DNA of 64,000 nucleotides from Candidatus Babelota bacterium (GTDB taxonomy: Bacteria; Babelota; Babeliae; Babelales; JACPOV01): contig JAKJAQ010000002.1 in assembly GCA_022707425.1 (NCBI GenBank), positions 29,868 to 93,867 of the forward strand. The letters are read 5' to 3'. Below, piece by piece: positions 1 to 9,850 of the stretch (positions are counted from its first letter, which is position 1; each line of letters opens with the position of its first letter). The position numbers were made by a program, and so were the translations under genes. The notes beneath the pieces were generated by a model. The model ran no database searches and was not told the origin of the DNA. It saw only the letters and a list, made by a program, of their open reading frames with translations.

Positions 1-801
1 ATTGTCGAAGAAGGACTTGCAAGCGATATTTCGCAATTTTTTGTAATAACAAGTAAAGGAAAATCGGCAATTGAAGATCATTTTGATCCCAATGTCGAAC
101 TTGAACTTTTGCTCAAAGAACGTAATCAACTTGATCTTATTTCTTCACTGGAACGCATTGCGCGTGCCGCACAATTTTGTTACATTCGTCAGTCTGAACC
201 GTTGGGACTGGGACATGCAATCTGGTCAGCGCGCCACACTATTGGCAAAGAATATTTCGGTGTTTTTTTACCCGATGATATTATTATTTCAAAAGTGCCT
301 GCTATGCTGCAATTGTTAAAAATTGCACGTCAAGAAAAAGCGAGTGTCATTGCGGTGCAAGAAGTGCCAATTGAACAAGTTTCTTCTTACGGGGTTATTA
401 GCATCAAAAAACAGTTAACGCCCAATTTATTTCAAGTTTCACATGTAGTTGAAAAGCCTGATCAAAAAGAAAGCCCATCAAATTTAGCAATTGTAGGCCG
501 CTATGTGCTTTCCAACAAAATTTTTGCGTCACTTGAACAAATTGAAGCAGACAAAAAAGGTGAATTACAGTTAACCGATGCAATCAGTCACATGATGCAC
601 AATAATGAAAAAGTATTTGCGTTTAAAATTCAAGGAATGCGCTACGATGTTGGTAATCCGATTGGATGGATAAAAGCAATTATTGGATGCGCACTACAAG
701 ATCCACAATGCGCACCTCATATTACCAAATTACTTGAAGATCGTGATCTCATTGAATCGTTTACGCTCAACCGTTCAAAAATTGTTGAACATTCGCTTTG
801 A
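1..801 (+). CDS. galU: UTP--glucose-1-phosphate uridylyltransferase, 5' end outside window
   Basis: Frame 1 is open from base 1 and joins the 109..801 ORF. Motifs SKGKSAIEDHFD, RQSEPLGLGHAIW, IVGRYVL and ELQLTDA are typical of GalU. Confidence 0.85.
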   Translation: MVEEGLASDISQFFVITSKGKSAIEDHFDPNVELELLLKERNQLDLISSLERIARAAQFCYIRQSEPLGLGHAIWSARHTIGKEYFGVFLPDDIIISKVPAMLQLLKIARQEKASVIAVQEVPIEQVSSYGVISIKKQLTPNLFQVSHVVEKPDQKESPSNLAIVGRYVLSNKIFASLEQIEADKKGELQLTDAISHMMHNNEKVFAFKIQGMRYDVGNPIGWIKAIIGCALQDPQCAPHITKLLEDRDLIESFTLNRSKIVEHSL

Positions 802-802
802 G

Positions 803-1534
803 TTATTTCGTTTCTTCAATTAATTGAGCTAATTTATCCTTTTGGGCTTTGTTTGAGATATCAAAAAACTGCCCTACTAATTTTGAGTTAACCGATTTAA
901 ACAGTGCATGATAATGTGGCTTAAATGAACTGAATTGTTCATTTTGCATTAACTCTACTGCTGCTTGGCCATTGACCAGAATTCGCGCAACTAACACCAA
1001 AGCAGTATCTTTCGTTAGTTTTTTTCTCGCGTCATCAATTGTTTTAAGTGAGTTTATCAGTTTCTGCAACGTACCAAATCTTGCTAAGTTTTCATTTCGC
1101 GTCACTCGATTTGCCATTAACCCAACGTGCTCAGATACTTTTGTGCCAATAGTCATAATTCCATCAAGATTTGAAGTTTGAGCAATTAGTGGCAACTGAC
1201 GGTTATAAATTTCTATCGCTAAATCATTAACGGCTACAGAATCAACAAATTGTTTTGCTATCGCTAACGCATTTTGATACAAAGCAATACTTTCAGCATT
1301 TTTGTCCGCAGCTTGTGCAAGTCTTGCTCGGTCAATCAAATCTTCAATATCACTAACTGCTTTTGCAATTTTATTTTCTTCCGGAGTCCGCGTTATATGA
1401 GTGATTACATTCTGAAATTCAGCAAGCAGCGCTCGTAGATCATCAAGATTATTTATCAATGCATCATTTTGCATTGAGCACAATTGAGTGCTCAAGAAGA
1501 GAGTTATGCAACTCACTATTTTTTTTGTTTTCAT
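803..1534 (-). CDS. hypothetical alpha-helical protein with N-terminal signal-like leader
   Basis: 243-aa ORF with SD AAGGAG 7 nt upstream of the ATG. Leader is MKTKKIVSCITLFLSTQLCS followed by MQ. No domain recognised. Confidence 0.6.
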   Translation of the reverse strand: MKTKKIVSCITLFLSTQLCSMQNDALINNLDDLRALLAEFQNVITHITRTPEENKIAKAVSDIEDLIDRARLAQAADKNAESIALYQNALAIAKQFVDSVAVNDLAIEIYNRQLPLIAQTSNLDGIMTIGTKVSEHVGLMANRVTRNENLARFGTLQKLINSLKTIDDARKKLTKDTALVLVARILVNGQAAVELMQNEQFSSFKPHYHALFKSVNSKLVGQFFDISNKAQKDKLAQLIEETK

Positions 1535-1666
1535 ACCAAACTCCTTATTTTTTTTAATCGTACTCTTTGTAAATTAAATTAAACAACAATAAAAAATAAG
1601 TTTCGATTTGTTGCAAATTGCAAATAATATTTTTTACACTTATTAATAGAAAATGAAAGGGAAAAT

Positions 1667-1927
1667 GTGAAGCAATTCTATTTTTCAATTTTAATCATAT
1701 CGTTTTTCATAGGGTCTAGTTATAGCGATGAAAATTGCATGGATAACAGTCAACATACTGATATTTGTGACGGTTTTGATTACAAAAAATATTATTATGT
1801 AAACGATTGTGATTGTCCTTGTGAACGGTATGAACGATCATACAAACGATTACGTTGCGAGCGTTGTTTACATTTTAATGTACCGCGTGAGCGCGTAATG
1901 GGTTGTTATGCTAACTTGGAACGGTAA
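1667..1927 (+). CDS. small Cys-rich protein with signal-like leader
   Basis: GTG start preceded by AAAGGGA. Hydrophobic leader, then 9 Cys including CDCPC and CERC. The 3' end overlaps the ppsA 3' end by 22 nt. Confidence 0.5.
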   Translation: MKQFYFSILIISFFIGSSYSDENCMDNSQHTDICDGFDYKKYYYVNDCDCPCERYERSYKRLRCERCLHFNVPRERVMGCYANLER

Positions 1928-4317
1928 CGAAGTAAAAATGGAATTACTTGATCAGGATTTAATGAGATTGAATCGATACCGATCTTAATCAAAAAATCAC
2001 CAATTTCAGGATAATCTGATGGTGCTTGTCCACAAATACCACTATGTTTCCCATTCTTGGTCGCACCTTCAACAGCCATTTGCATCATTTTCATCACTGC
2101 AGGGTCCCGCTCATCAAACAATTGAGCGAGAAGTGCCGAATCACGATCAACCGCTAACGTTGTTTGTGTTAAATCATTTGATCCAATAGAAAATCCGTCA
2201 AAAAAGGCGCTAAACTCGTTAATCAAAATTACATTCGATGGTATTTCACACATCATGTACAGTTGCAAATTATCTTTTTTTCGTTCCAAACCGTTTTTTT
2301 TGAGAAGATCAATTACTTTTTGTGCTTCGATAAGGGTTCGCACAAACGGTATCATTAAAATAATATTTGAAAAACCCATTTCATCACGCGCTTTTTTCAT
2401 TGCGCGACATTCAAGTGCAAACGCTTTTTCGTACCACGAACTGTAATAGCGAGAAGCGCCGCGCAATCCAAGCATCGGATTTTCCTCTTGTGGTTCAAAC
2501 AATTGGCCACCAATTAAATTACGATATTCGTTACTTTTAAAATCTGAAAAACGAACAACTACCGGTTTTGGATACAATGCTGCCGCAATTGAGCCAACTC
2601 CTTGCGCAAGACAATCAACAAAAAACGATTGTGGATCTTTATAACCCTCGATCAAATCAGCAATTGCTTTTTTAATTTTTTTATTATTAATTTTATTCGG
2701 TTCAACTGCCACCATAGGATGCATTTTAATGCGATTGCTGATAATAAATTCTGTTCGGGCGAGCCCAACACCATCGATTGGTAAAAAGGAAAGATGAAAT
2801 GCACGATCCGGTTCTGCAATATTGATTAGCACATCAACCGGCAGTTCGGGCAAGGAACTTATATCAACTTCTTGCTTGTGAAACTGAATAATTCCTTTAT
2901 ACACATATCCTTGCGATCCTTGCGTACAATCAACTGTAATTTCATTACCATTTTTTATTAACTTCATTGCATCGAACGCACCAACAACCGCCGGAATTCC
3001 CAACTCACGACTTACAATTGCAGCATGACTTGTTCGCCCACCACGCTCGGTGACAAGTGCAGCTGCTTTTTTCATAAGTGGTACCCAATCAGGGTCGGTC
3101 ATGGGAGCGATGAGGATGTCACCTTCATTGAATGAATCAATGTCCTTAATGTTATTTGCTACGCGCGCTCTGCCTGATGCAATTGATTGTCCAATACTTT
3201 GCCCGGTCACTATGCACAATTGTTCCTTTTGCGCATCTGACAGTTTAATTTTATAGGTCAATGCAAAAGCACTCTTTTTTTCCATAGCATGAACTGTTTC
3301 AGGGCGTGCTTGCACAATATACAACTGTCCATCCACACCATCTTTTGCCCATTCAACATCCATGGGCATCCATTTGTCATTGAGCTGACTGTAATGTTGC
3401 TCAATTATTAACCCGGCTTGTGTCAATTGGAAAATTTCATCATCAGTAATACAAAACTGTTCTCGCTCTTTGACAGTTGTAGCAATTTGCTTAACCGTAG
3501 TTTTTGCATTTTTTTTGTTGTAGACAAGCTTGATTTGTTTTGATCCGCGATTTTTTTTAATCAGTGAACGAAAACCTTGTTCAAAGGTGGGTTTGTGTAC
3601 CCAAAACTCATCTGGGGTGACTAATCCTTTTACAATTGTTTCGCCAAGTCCCCACGATCCATTAATTATCACAACATCTTTAAAACCTGATTCAGTGTCT
3701 AACGTAAATAAAACGCCTGAACACCCCTTATCTGATCGCACCATTTTTTGCACACCAATAGAGAGCGCAATTTTCATGTGTTGGAATTTTTTTTCTACAC
3801 GATACATGATCGAACGATCGGTAAAAAGTGAAGCGAAACTTGAAAGACAATTTTTAAGCAGTTCTTCTTCACCAGTAATATTTAAAAATGTTTCTTGTTG
3901 ACCGGCGAATGAAGCACCTGGCAAATCCTCAGCTGTTGCAGAAGAACGCACCGCTACCGCGCATTTTTTTTGGTTATACATTTCACCTAATTGTTTGTAT
4001 GCTTGCCTAATTTCGCTTGCAAGATCTGCCGGAAGCGTACCGTGTTCAATAAGTGATCTAATTTCTGCACCAACCCTTTTTAATACTTCTAAGTCGGTTT
4101 TTTCGTTTATTTGTACAAGTAATTGTGAAATAGTTTCAGTCAACTTATTATAGTTCAAAAAATACCAGTAAGCATCTGCAACAATCGCAAATCCATTGGG
4201 AACACGTATATTTTTTTTGCTCAATGAATTTAACATTTCGCCCAGTGAGGCAGTTTTTCCACCGACAGCGGCCACATCTCGCATTCTAATTTCAGAAAAA
4301 AAGCGAATATATTGCAT
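1906..4317 (-). CDS. ppsA: phosphoenolpyruvate synthase (pyruvate, water dikinase)
   Basis: 803 aa. N-terminus VAAVGGKTASLGEM, phosphohistidine region GGRTSHAAIVSRELGIPAVVG, and a C-terminal PEP-utilising domain with SIGSNDLTQ. SD AAAGGA is present. Confidence 0.9.
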   Translation of the reverse strand: MQYIRFFSEIRMRDVAAVGGKTASLGEMLNSLSKKNIRVPNGFAIVADAYWYFLNYNKLTETISQLLVQINEKTDLEVLKRVGAEIRSLIEHGTLPADLASEIRQAYKQLGEMYNQKKCAVAVRSSATAEDLPGASFAGQQETFLNITGEEELLKNCLSSFASLFTDRSIMYRVEKKFQHMKIALSIGVQKMVRSDKGCSGVLFTLDTESGFKDVVIINGSWGLGETIVKGLVTPDEFWVHKPTFEQGFRSLIKKNRGSKQIKLVYNKKNAKTTVKQIATTVKEREQFCITDDEIFQLTQAGLIIEQHYSQLNDKWMPMDVEWAKDGVDGQLYIVQARPETVHAMEKKSAFALTYKIKLSDAQKEQLCIVTGQSIGQSIASGRARVANNIKDIDSFNEGDILIAPMTDPDWVPLMKKAAALVTERGGRTSHAAIVSRELGIPAVVGAFDAMKLIKNGNEITVDCTQGSQGYVYKGIIQFHKQEVDISSLPELPVDVLINIAEPDRAFHLSFLPIDGVGLARTEFIISNRIKMHPMVAVEPNKINNKKIKKAIADLIEGYKDPQSFFVDCLAQGVGSIAAALYPKPVVVRFSDFKSNEYRNLIGGQLFEPQEENPMLGLRGASRYYSSWYEKAFALECRAMKKARDEMGFSNIILMIPFVRTLIEAQKVIDLLKKNGLERKKDNLQLYMMCEIPSNVILINEFSAFFDGFSIGSNDLTQTTLAVDRDSALLAQLFDERDPAVMKMMQMAVEGATKNGKHSGICGQAPSDYPEIGDFLIKIGIDSISLNPDQVIPFLLRYRSKLA

Positions 4318-4424
4318 GCAATCCTTTACCCTTCAATCATAATTATTCTTTGTCTTGAAAAAAAATCTATTTTTCATACACTATGCACTAATTGTAGTAC
4401 AATTATTTTTAACAACACTATACC

Positions 4425-4613
4425 ATGAGAATTAATATGAAAAAATTATTTGTTATTGCGCTTGCACTAACTGCACTCACACTGCTCCCTGAATGTGGCA
4501 GAAAAAAATGTTGCAAGCAAGAATGCTCAACCGTAGTTGCACAAAATGAAAAACGTGTTTCTGGTCCATTAGCTGAAAAAGAAGCTGGTTGGTCAAAAGA
4601 AGATTACGCATAA
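4425..4613 (+). CDS. small putative lipoprotein
   Basis: Leader MKKLFVIALALTALTLLPEC has a lipobox-like L-L-P-E-C. The gene is followed directly by a strong terminator. The start could instead be the ATG at 4437. Confidence 0.45.
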   Translation: MRINMKKLFVIALALTALTLLPECGRKKCCKQECSTVVAQNEKRVSGPLAEKEAGWSKEDYA

Positions 4614-4647
4614 AAATGGGGAAGTTTTCCTTCCCCATTTTTTTTAC
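4614..4647. terminator. bidirectional rho-independent terminator
   Basis: Stem ATGGGGAAG / CTTCCCCAT with loop TTTTC. It is flanked by an A-run and a T-run and lies between convergent genes. Confidence 0.65.
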
Positions 4648-5096
4648 TTTGTTCGTTTATAAGTTCCCATCAATTCTGCTTTTTCAAGAATATGTCCTTT
4701 CATCGCTTTCATCAATTGATCCACTGTTGGTCGCGAAGGAAATGTCAGCATTGAATCTAATGCAAAAAGCTTAAAAAAATAACGATGTTCGCCTTTGGGA
4801 GGACATGGTCCATAAAATTGTGGTTTCCCCGAATCAGAAATACCTTCTTGTGCACTGGGCATAGATGAAACACGAACATTTTCTTCAAGTCGCCGCACCG
4901 TTGCTGGAATATTGTACACTAACCAATGCACCCATGTTTTTTTTGGGGCATCGGGGTCATCAACAATAAGCACAAAGCTTTTTGTTTCTTTTGGCACCCC
5001 TTCCCACACCAATTCAGGCGAAGCATCTTCACCATCACAGGTGAATTTACTGTTAATTGATTGACCATTCTTAAAAGCAGGACTCATTAATTTCAT
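4644..5096 (-). CDS. YbhB/YbcL (PEBP, Raf-kinase-inhibitor-like) family protein
   Basis: MKLMSPAFKNG aligns with the YbhB N-terminus as I recall it. DDPDAP and GEHRYFF motifs are present. GGAGG lies 7 nt upstream of the ATG at 5096. The longer TTG-initiated ORF to 5171 would add a hydrophobic leader. Confidence 0.8.
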   Translation of the reverse strand: MKLMSPAFKNGQSINSKFTCDGEDASPELVWEGVPKETKSFVLIVDDPDAPKKTWVHWLVYNIPATVRRLEENVRVSSMPSAQEGISDSGKPQFYGPCPPKGEHRYFFKLFALDSMLTFPSRPTVDQLMKAMKGHILEKAELMGTYKRTK

Positions 5097-5331
5097 GGCA
5101 TAACCTCCATTCATGAAAAAAAAACACATTGCCAAAATAAGTTTTGAAAAACAATAATTATTTTGATTCAACGCAACACCTCACATTTTTTCCAACCATT
5201 ATTTAAGTCACTGTAACACAACAATTTCATTAATTTCCATAATCTGCACCTACAGATGAGTTTTCTAGATTTTTATTACGTTGATTGCTACGCTACATTC
5301 ATTAATTATTAAAAAAATAAGGAGAGAGTTC

Positions 5332-6096
5332 ATGCTAAAAAAATTTGGTTGGGCCATTGCAGCACTTGTTGTCATAGTGGCTGTTATTTTATTTTATTCC
5401 TCAGGCCGTTTTAATCTTCAACAAGAAGTTGCTGAACAACAAAGTTGTCCCGTATTTCCTTCACGCACTGTAGAGCGCACACCGTTCCCCATAGCACCTT
5501 TATATGCAAAAAAAAACTTTAATTTAGCCCAAAAAATAAAAGGATTAAGCGAAAAGCAACTTGATGAACACAATACGTTGTATGAAGGTTACGTACAAAA
5601 AAGAAATGAAATTGCACAAAAATTGACCGAAGTTGATTTAAGCAATCAAAATAAAACCTATTCAGCGTACCGCGCACTTAAAATAGCCGAAACCTATGCC
5701 CTGAACGGTTCTTTACTCCATGAACTTTATTTTGAAAACATGAGCAATAGTGGTTCAGCAGTGGGCCCACAAATGCTACAACTCATTGAAAAATCGTTCG
5801 GTTCATTTGAGCAATTTAAAAATGATCTCATGGCAGCAGCACTGTGCTCTCACGGATGGGTATTAACCGCTTACAGCATCGATGATCATTTAATTCACAA
5901 TTATGTTCTTGAAGCACACAACCAAACAGTACCAGTACTTGCACTGCCATTATTGGTTTTGGATGTTTATGAACATGCGTACATGATCGATTTTGGCATC
6001 AAACGAGCTGCATACCTTGATGTGTTTTTCACACAAATTGATTGGAATGTGGTAGAAGAACGTATCAACCGTTGGGTCAATCCTCTTAATAAATAG
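5332..6096 (+). CDS. Fe/Mn superoxide dismutase family protein with N-terminal membrane anchor
   Basis: SD AAGGAG precedes the ATG at 5332. TM segment WAIAALVVIVAVILF. The four metal-ligand positions appear conserved (EH.., LLHELYF, DVYEHAY). Confidence 0.7.
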   Translation: MLKKFGWAIAALVVIVAVILFYSSGRFNLQQEVAEQQSCPVFPSRTVERTPFPIAPLYAKKNFNLAQKIKGLSEKQLDEHNTLYEGYVQKRNEIAQKLTEVDLSNQNKTYSAYRALKIAETYALNGSLLHELYFENMSNSGSAVGPQMLQLIEKSFGSFEQFKNDLMAAALCSHGWVLTAYSIDDHLIHNYVLEAHNQTVPVLALPLLVLDVYEHAYMIDFGIKRAAYLDVFFTQIDWNVVEERINRWVNPLNK

Positions 6097-6104
6097 CTGG
6101 GCAC

Positions 6105-7205
6105 ATGCAACAAACTAATATTCCACATGTATTTGTGCTCTATGATGGTGTTGAAAATTCAGTTTTTGAAAGTCAGGTCGTTGAGCCGTTAAAGGCGGAA
6201 AGCCGCACTTTTCCGCATAAAAAAATATATTTAATAAGTTTTGAACATAGACCGCAACAAATTCAATTAATTTTACCGTTCTGCACCGTACTACTATTGA
6301 AAAAATATCCTTTTCTTGGTCGATTGAGTTTGATTCTTGCAATTCGTGCACTGAGGAAAATAGTAAAACAATTACCCCCATTTTCTTTAACCGCTCGAGG
6401 CCCCATCGCGGGTTATATTAGTGTTGAAGCCGCAAAAAAAACTGTGTGCGCCAACATGATAATTCAAGCACGTGGTTTATTAACAGAAGAATATCGCTAT
6501 ACGCATGTTGAAAAAAAAGGAATCAAAAAATTAATTCATACGATTCGTGCGCGTTGGTATCAACAACTTGAACACTCTGCTTACAAACCAATTTCAGATA
6601 ATTATCACATCACGATCCAAGCAGTGAGTAGTGCACTCAGAAATTATTTGATCGCTGTTTTTCATGTGAATCCAAAAAGAATTACGGTCGCACATCACGA
6701 TGTGCCTCAATCAATTACACAAGAGCAAAAAAAAATATGGCGCACTGCAACTCGCGCTCTGCTAAATATTAATGAAAATGCATTTGTTTATTGCTACAAC
6801 GGTTCTGCTAAAAAATGGCAGTGCCCCGAACAAACAATTACCTTTTTTAAAAAAAAATCTACCATTCACAAAGATGCAATTTTACTGATTATCACCCATG
6901 AGCGCACACTATTCGAGCAACTAATAAAAAAACATGTTATAAATAGCTCTTCTTATCGAATTGTTTCTGTACCGCACGAAGAAATATTTAGTGTGCTAGC
7001 AGCAGCAGATTGTGGCATAATTTTGCGCGAACCGCACATTCTTAATTGGATCTCACGGCCAACAAAAGTGCTCGAATATCAAGCCCTCGATCTTGAAATT
7101 ATTCACAACAATACTATTGCGTTGCTTTCACCTAATTATCAAAGCAACAATCCAGCAATTAACGCAGAAAGTAAATTTGAGAGCGAACCACCAAGAACTG
7201 CATAA
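6105..7205 (+). CDS. hypothetical protein, possibly a GT-B (GT4-like) glycosyltransferase
   Basis: 366-aa ORF. Weak resemblance only: ITVAHHDV and a C-terminal RPTKVLEYQA like the E-x7-E region. The last 67 nt overlap the convergent nupC. Confidence 0.35.
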   Translation: MQQTNIPHVFVLYDGVENSVFESQVVEPLKAESRTFPHKKIYLISFEHRPQQIQLILPFCTVLLLKKYPFLGRLSLILAIRALRKIVKQLPPFSLTARGPIAGYISVEAAKKTVCANMIIQARGLLTEEYRYTHVEKKGIKKLIHTIRARWYQQLEHSAYKPISDNYHITIQAVSSALRNYLIAVFHVNPKRITVAHHDVPQSITQEQKKIWRTATRALLNINENAFVYCYNGSAKKWQCPEQTITFFKKKSTIHKDAILLIITHERTLFEQLIKKHVINSSSYRIVSVPHEEIFSVLAAADCGIILREPHILNWISRPTKVLEYQALDLEIIHNNTIALLSPNYQSNNPAINAESKFESEPPRTA

Positions 7206-8413
7206 AGTCCAAGTTGGCACAACCACGTTCGTTTTGCGGGCACGAGCGCTCCAATACCACCAATTTGAATACCAATGCATGAAAAATTAGAAAATCCACA
7301 TAATGCATAGGTCATAATTGAAGTTACACGCGCAGAAAGATCCATTTTTACCATTTCACTGTACGCAATCAGCTCATTAATAGTAACTTTAGTTCCTAAC
7401 AATTCACCTGCCCTGAGTGCATCATTTCCCGTAAATCCAAGCAGATAACCAAATGGTGCAAATAAACGAGAAAAAATATAGTTCAAACTTAATTGCGGTA
7501 GTTGTACTTTAATATCCGCTAAATAATAGTTGAGTGTTTGTGAAGTTGCACCAAGCAAATAGTTAACCAACGCGATCAATGAAAGAAATGAGATCAACAT
7601 CGCACCAACATTTAATGCAAGTTGCAGTCCATCGCTGGTTCCTACAGAAATTGCATCAAAAATAGTACCCGATGTTTGTTCACAAACAAGCGTTGTACTG
7701 CCACCAGTTTTTGTTTTTTCTTCTTCAGGTACTAATATTTTTGCAATTAAAATTGAACCTGGAATTGCCATAACACTTGCAGTAAGTAAATGCACCATTG
7801 GCACGCCTATTTCACCAAATACTGCCAAAATAGCACCACTCACCGTGCCCATGCCACTTACCATCACCACAAACAGTTCAGATTTTGTCATTGTGCTTAA
7901 ATAATTACGGATCAATAATGGCGCTTCTGTCTGACCCAAAAAACTATTAGCAACCGCGCATAAGGTTTCCGCACCGGAAGTACCTAACAACGGCTGCACA
8001 CCATACCCAATAACTGCCACAATGCGCTGTATGATTCCGTAATGAAATAAAATTGCCATAAGCGCACCAAAAAATATGATGATCGGTAATACTTTAATAG
8101 CAAAAATAAATCCCCATGGCAGGGTCGGGTTATTTAAATTACCAAATACGAAGGATGCGCCTGCATCAGCACAGTTATAAATCACAGTGACACCATCGGC
8201 GATTGATTGCACAATCCGTTGACCGACAGAAGTTCGCAACGTTATCCACCCAACTACCATTTGCAACAACAATGCATTGATCACCAATTTATAATTAATT
8301 GCACGACGATTTTTTGAAAATAAAAAAGCAATTGCAAGTACCACAAAAATACCAATAATATTCATGTAACGATTGTATTCAAGTAAATAGGCAAAAACCA
8401 TCGTGAACTCCAA
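7139..8413 (-). CDS. nupC: NupC/CNT family concentrative nucleoside transporter
   Basis: 424 aa, multi-TM. The N-terminus (IIGIFVVLAIAFLFSKNRRAINYKLV) and the SFLGQTEAPLL motif are typical of CNT transporters. Confidence 0.85.
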   Translation of the reverse strand: MEFTMVFAYLLEYNRYMNIIGIFVVLAIAFLFSKNRRAINYKLVINALLLQMVVGWITLRTSVGQRIVQSIADGVTVIYNCADAGASFVFGNLNNPTLPWGFIFAIKVLPIIIFFGALMAILFHYGIIQRIVAVIGYGVQPLLGTSGAETLCAVANSFLGQTEAPLLIRNYLSTMTKSELFVVMVSGMGTVSGAILAVFGEIGVPMVHLLTASVMAIPGSILIAKILVPEEEKTKTGGSTTLVCEQTSGTIFDAISVGTSDGLQLALNVGAMLISFLSLIALVNYLLGATSQTLNYYLADIKVQLPQLSLNYIFSRLFAPFGYLLGFTGNDALRAGELLGTKVTINELIAYSEMVKMDLSARVTSIMTYALCGFSNFSCIGIQIGGIGALVPAKRTWLCQLGLYAVLGGSLSNLLSALIAGLLL

Positions 8414-8476
8414 GATGCAAACAAAGATTTAAAAATTGTTGTTTAAGTATAGCGAAAAAATTGAGGAGCTCAATTA

Positions 8477-9541
8477 CTAAATAAGCGCTTTTTTTCGGCG
8501 ATCTTCATGCTCTTTAACCATCAGAGCCTGAATAATATCGTCAAGATCACCTTCCATTACCATATCTAATTTTTTGAGTGTAACGTCGACTTGATGATCA
8601 GTGACGCGATTTTGAGGAAAATTATAGGTGCGGACTTTTTCTGCACGCATGCCAGTGCCAACCATTTCTTTTCGTTTTTGACTTTCTTCCAATTCTTGTT
8701 TTTCTTTTTGCGCAGCAAGCAATCGCGATTGCAACATTTTCATCGCTTTAGCACGATTTTTATGTTGCGAACGTTCTTCTTGGCAGGCAACGACAATATT
8801 GGTTGGTAAATGAGTAATGCGCACCGCAGAATCAGTTTTATTAACATGCTGACCACCTGCACCGCCTGCGCGATAGGTATCAATACGTAAATCTGAAGGA
8901 GAAATAGCCAGATCAACTTCATCAGCCTCAGGAAGCACTGCAACCGTAGCGGTTGAAGTATGCACACGGCCTGAAGTTTCTGTCTTTGGTACACGTTGTA
9001 CGCGATGCACACCAGCTTCACGTTTTAAATGCCCGTAAACCCGTGGTCCTTGAATATGCAACGTGGCTTCACGAATACCACCAAGATCGGTTTCGCTCAT
9101 ATCAACCAATGAAACTTGCCACCCTTTTTTGAGTGCATAGTTTGTGTACATTTTCAGCAAATCGGCTGCAAAAAGAGCCGCTTCTTGTCCGCCAGTACCA
9201 CCCCGTATTTCCAAAAACACAGAGCGATCATCAAGTTTGTCGGCTGGATAAAGCATTTCATCGAGTGCTGCCTGTTCAATTTTTAGTTTATTTTCAAGTT
9301 CATGTACTTCTTCTTGAAAAAGAACCTTCATCTCAGGATCAGCGTTTGTGTTTGCTTCTTTTTGAGCTTGAGTCATCTCATTAGTAAGTTTTTCAATTGC
9401 AGTATGTTTATCAAGCAAGGTTGATAAGCGAGAATGCTCCCGCTGCAATTCTTGACGTTTTGCATAATCGAGAGAAACAGAAAGGAGCTGATTATTCAGC
9501 TCCTCAAATCTAGTTCTTAATGCTTGCCAGGGTATTTCCAT
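8477..9541 (-). CDS. prfA: peptide chain release factor 1
   Basis: GGQ motif in GGAGGQHVNKTDSAVRITH. The RF1-type PxT tripeptide is present as PKT in RVQRVPKTETSGRVHTS. The ORF is uninterrupted. Confidence 0.9.
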   Translation of the reverse strand: MEIPWQALRTRFEELNNQLLSVSLDYAKRQELQREHSRLSTLLDKHTAIEKLTNEMTQAQKEANTNADPEMKVLFQEEVHELENKLKIEQAALDEMLYPADKLDDRSVFLEIRGGTGGQEAALFAADLLKMYTNYALKKGWQVSLVDMSETDLGGIREATLHIQGPRVYGHLKREAGVHRVQRVPKTETSGRVHTSTATVAVLPEADEVDLAISPSDLRIDTYRAGGAGGQHVNKTDSAVRITHLPTNIVVACQEERSQHKNRAKAMKMLQSRLLAAQKEKQELEESQKRKEMVGTGMRAEKVRTYNFPQNRVTDHQVDVTLKKLDMVMEGDLDDIIQALMVKEHEDRRKKALI

Positions 9542-9547
9542 AGCTGC

Positions 9548-9760
9548 TTATTTTTTTTTATCTTGTTTATTGTAACGTTTTGCGAATTTTTCGATTCGCC
9601 CTGCAGTATCAATAACTCGTTGCGAGCCGGTATAAAACGGATGGCAATTTGAACAAATCGATACAGTAAGATCCGAATCGGTTGATGACGTTCTCAATGC
9701 ATAACCACACGCACAACGGGCGGTTACTTCATGTAATTCTGGATGAATATCTTTTTTCAT
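9548..9760 (-). CDS. rpmE: 50S ribosomal protein L31, Zn-binding type
   Basis: MKKDIHPELHEV... with CxC and CxxC and the HPFYTG motif. Start refined to the internal ATG at 9760, which has upstream AGGTAGAG. Confidence 0.9.
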   Translation of the reverse strand: MKKDIHPELHEVTARCACGYALRTSSTDSDLTVSICSNCHPFYTGSQRVIDTAGRIEKFAKRYNKQDKKK

Positions 9761-9850
9761 AGCTCTACCTGATACTGACACGGTTATAATTTTACTCTTT
9801 TTAGTATTGACCAAAAGTACTTTTTTGTAAAGTCTGGTCTCAAGGAGAAA

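Noticed and set aside
3530-3901. 123-aa ORF antisense within ppsA, and similar nested ORFs inside prfA, purM-purD, purH, purL, prs, the PRTase gene and the giant gene
   Set aside because: All are contained within long, domain-supported genes on the opposite strand or in another frame. They lack SD sites and recognisable motifs.
8477-9541. Possible RF2-style programmed +1 frameshift in the release factor gene
   Set aside because: The ORF is continuous and carries the RF1-type PxT (PKT) tripeptide, not SPF. This is prfA, which has no frameshift.
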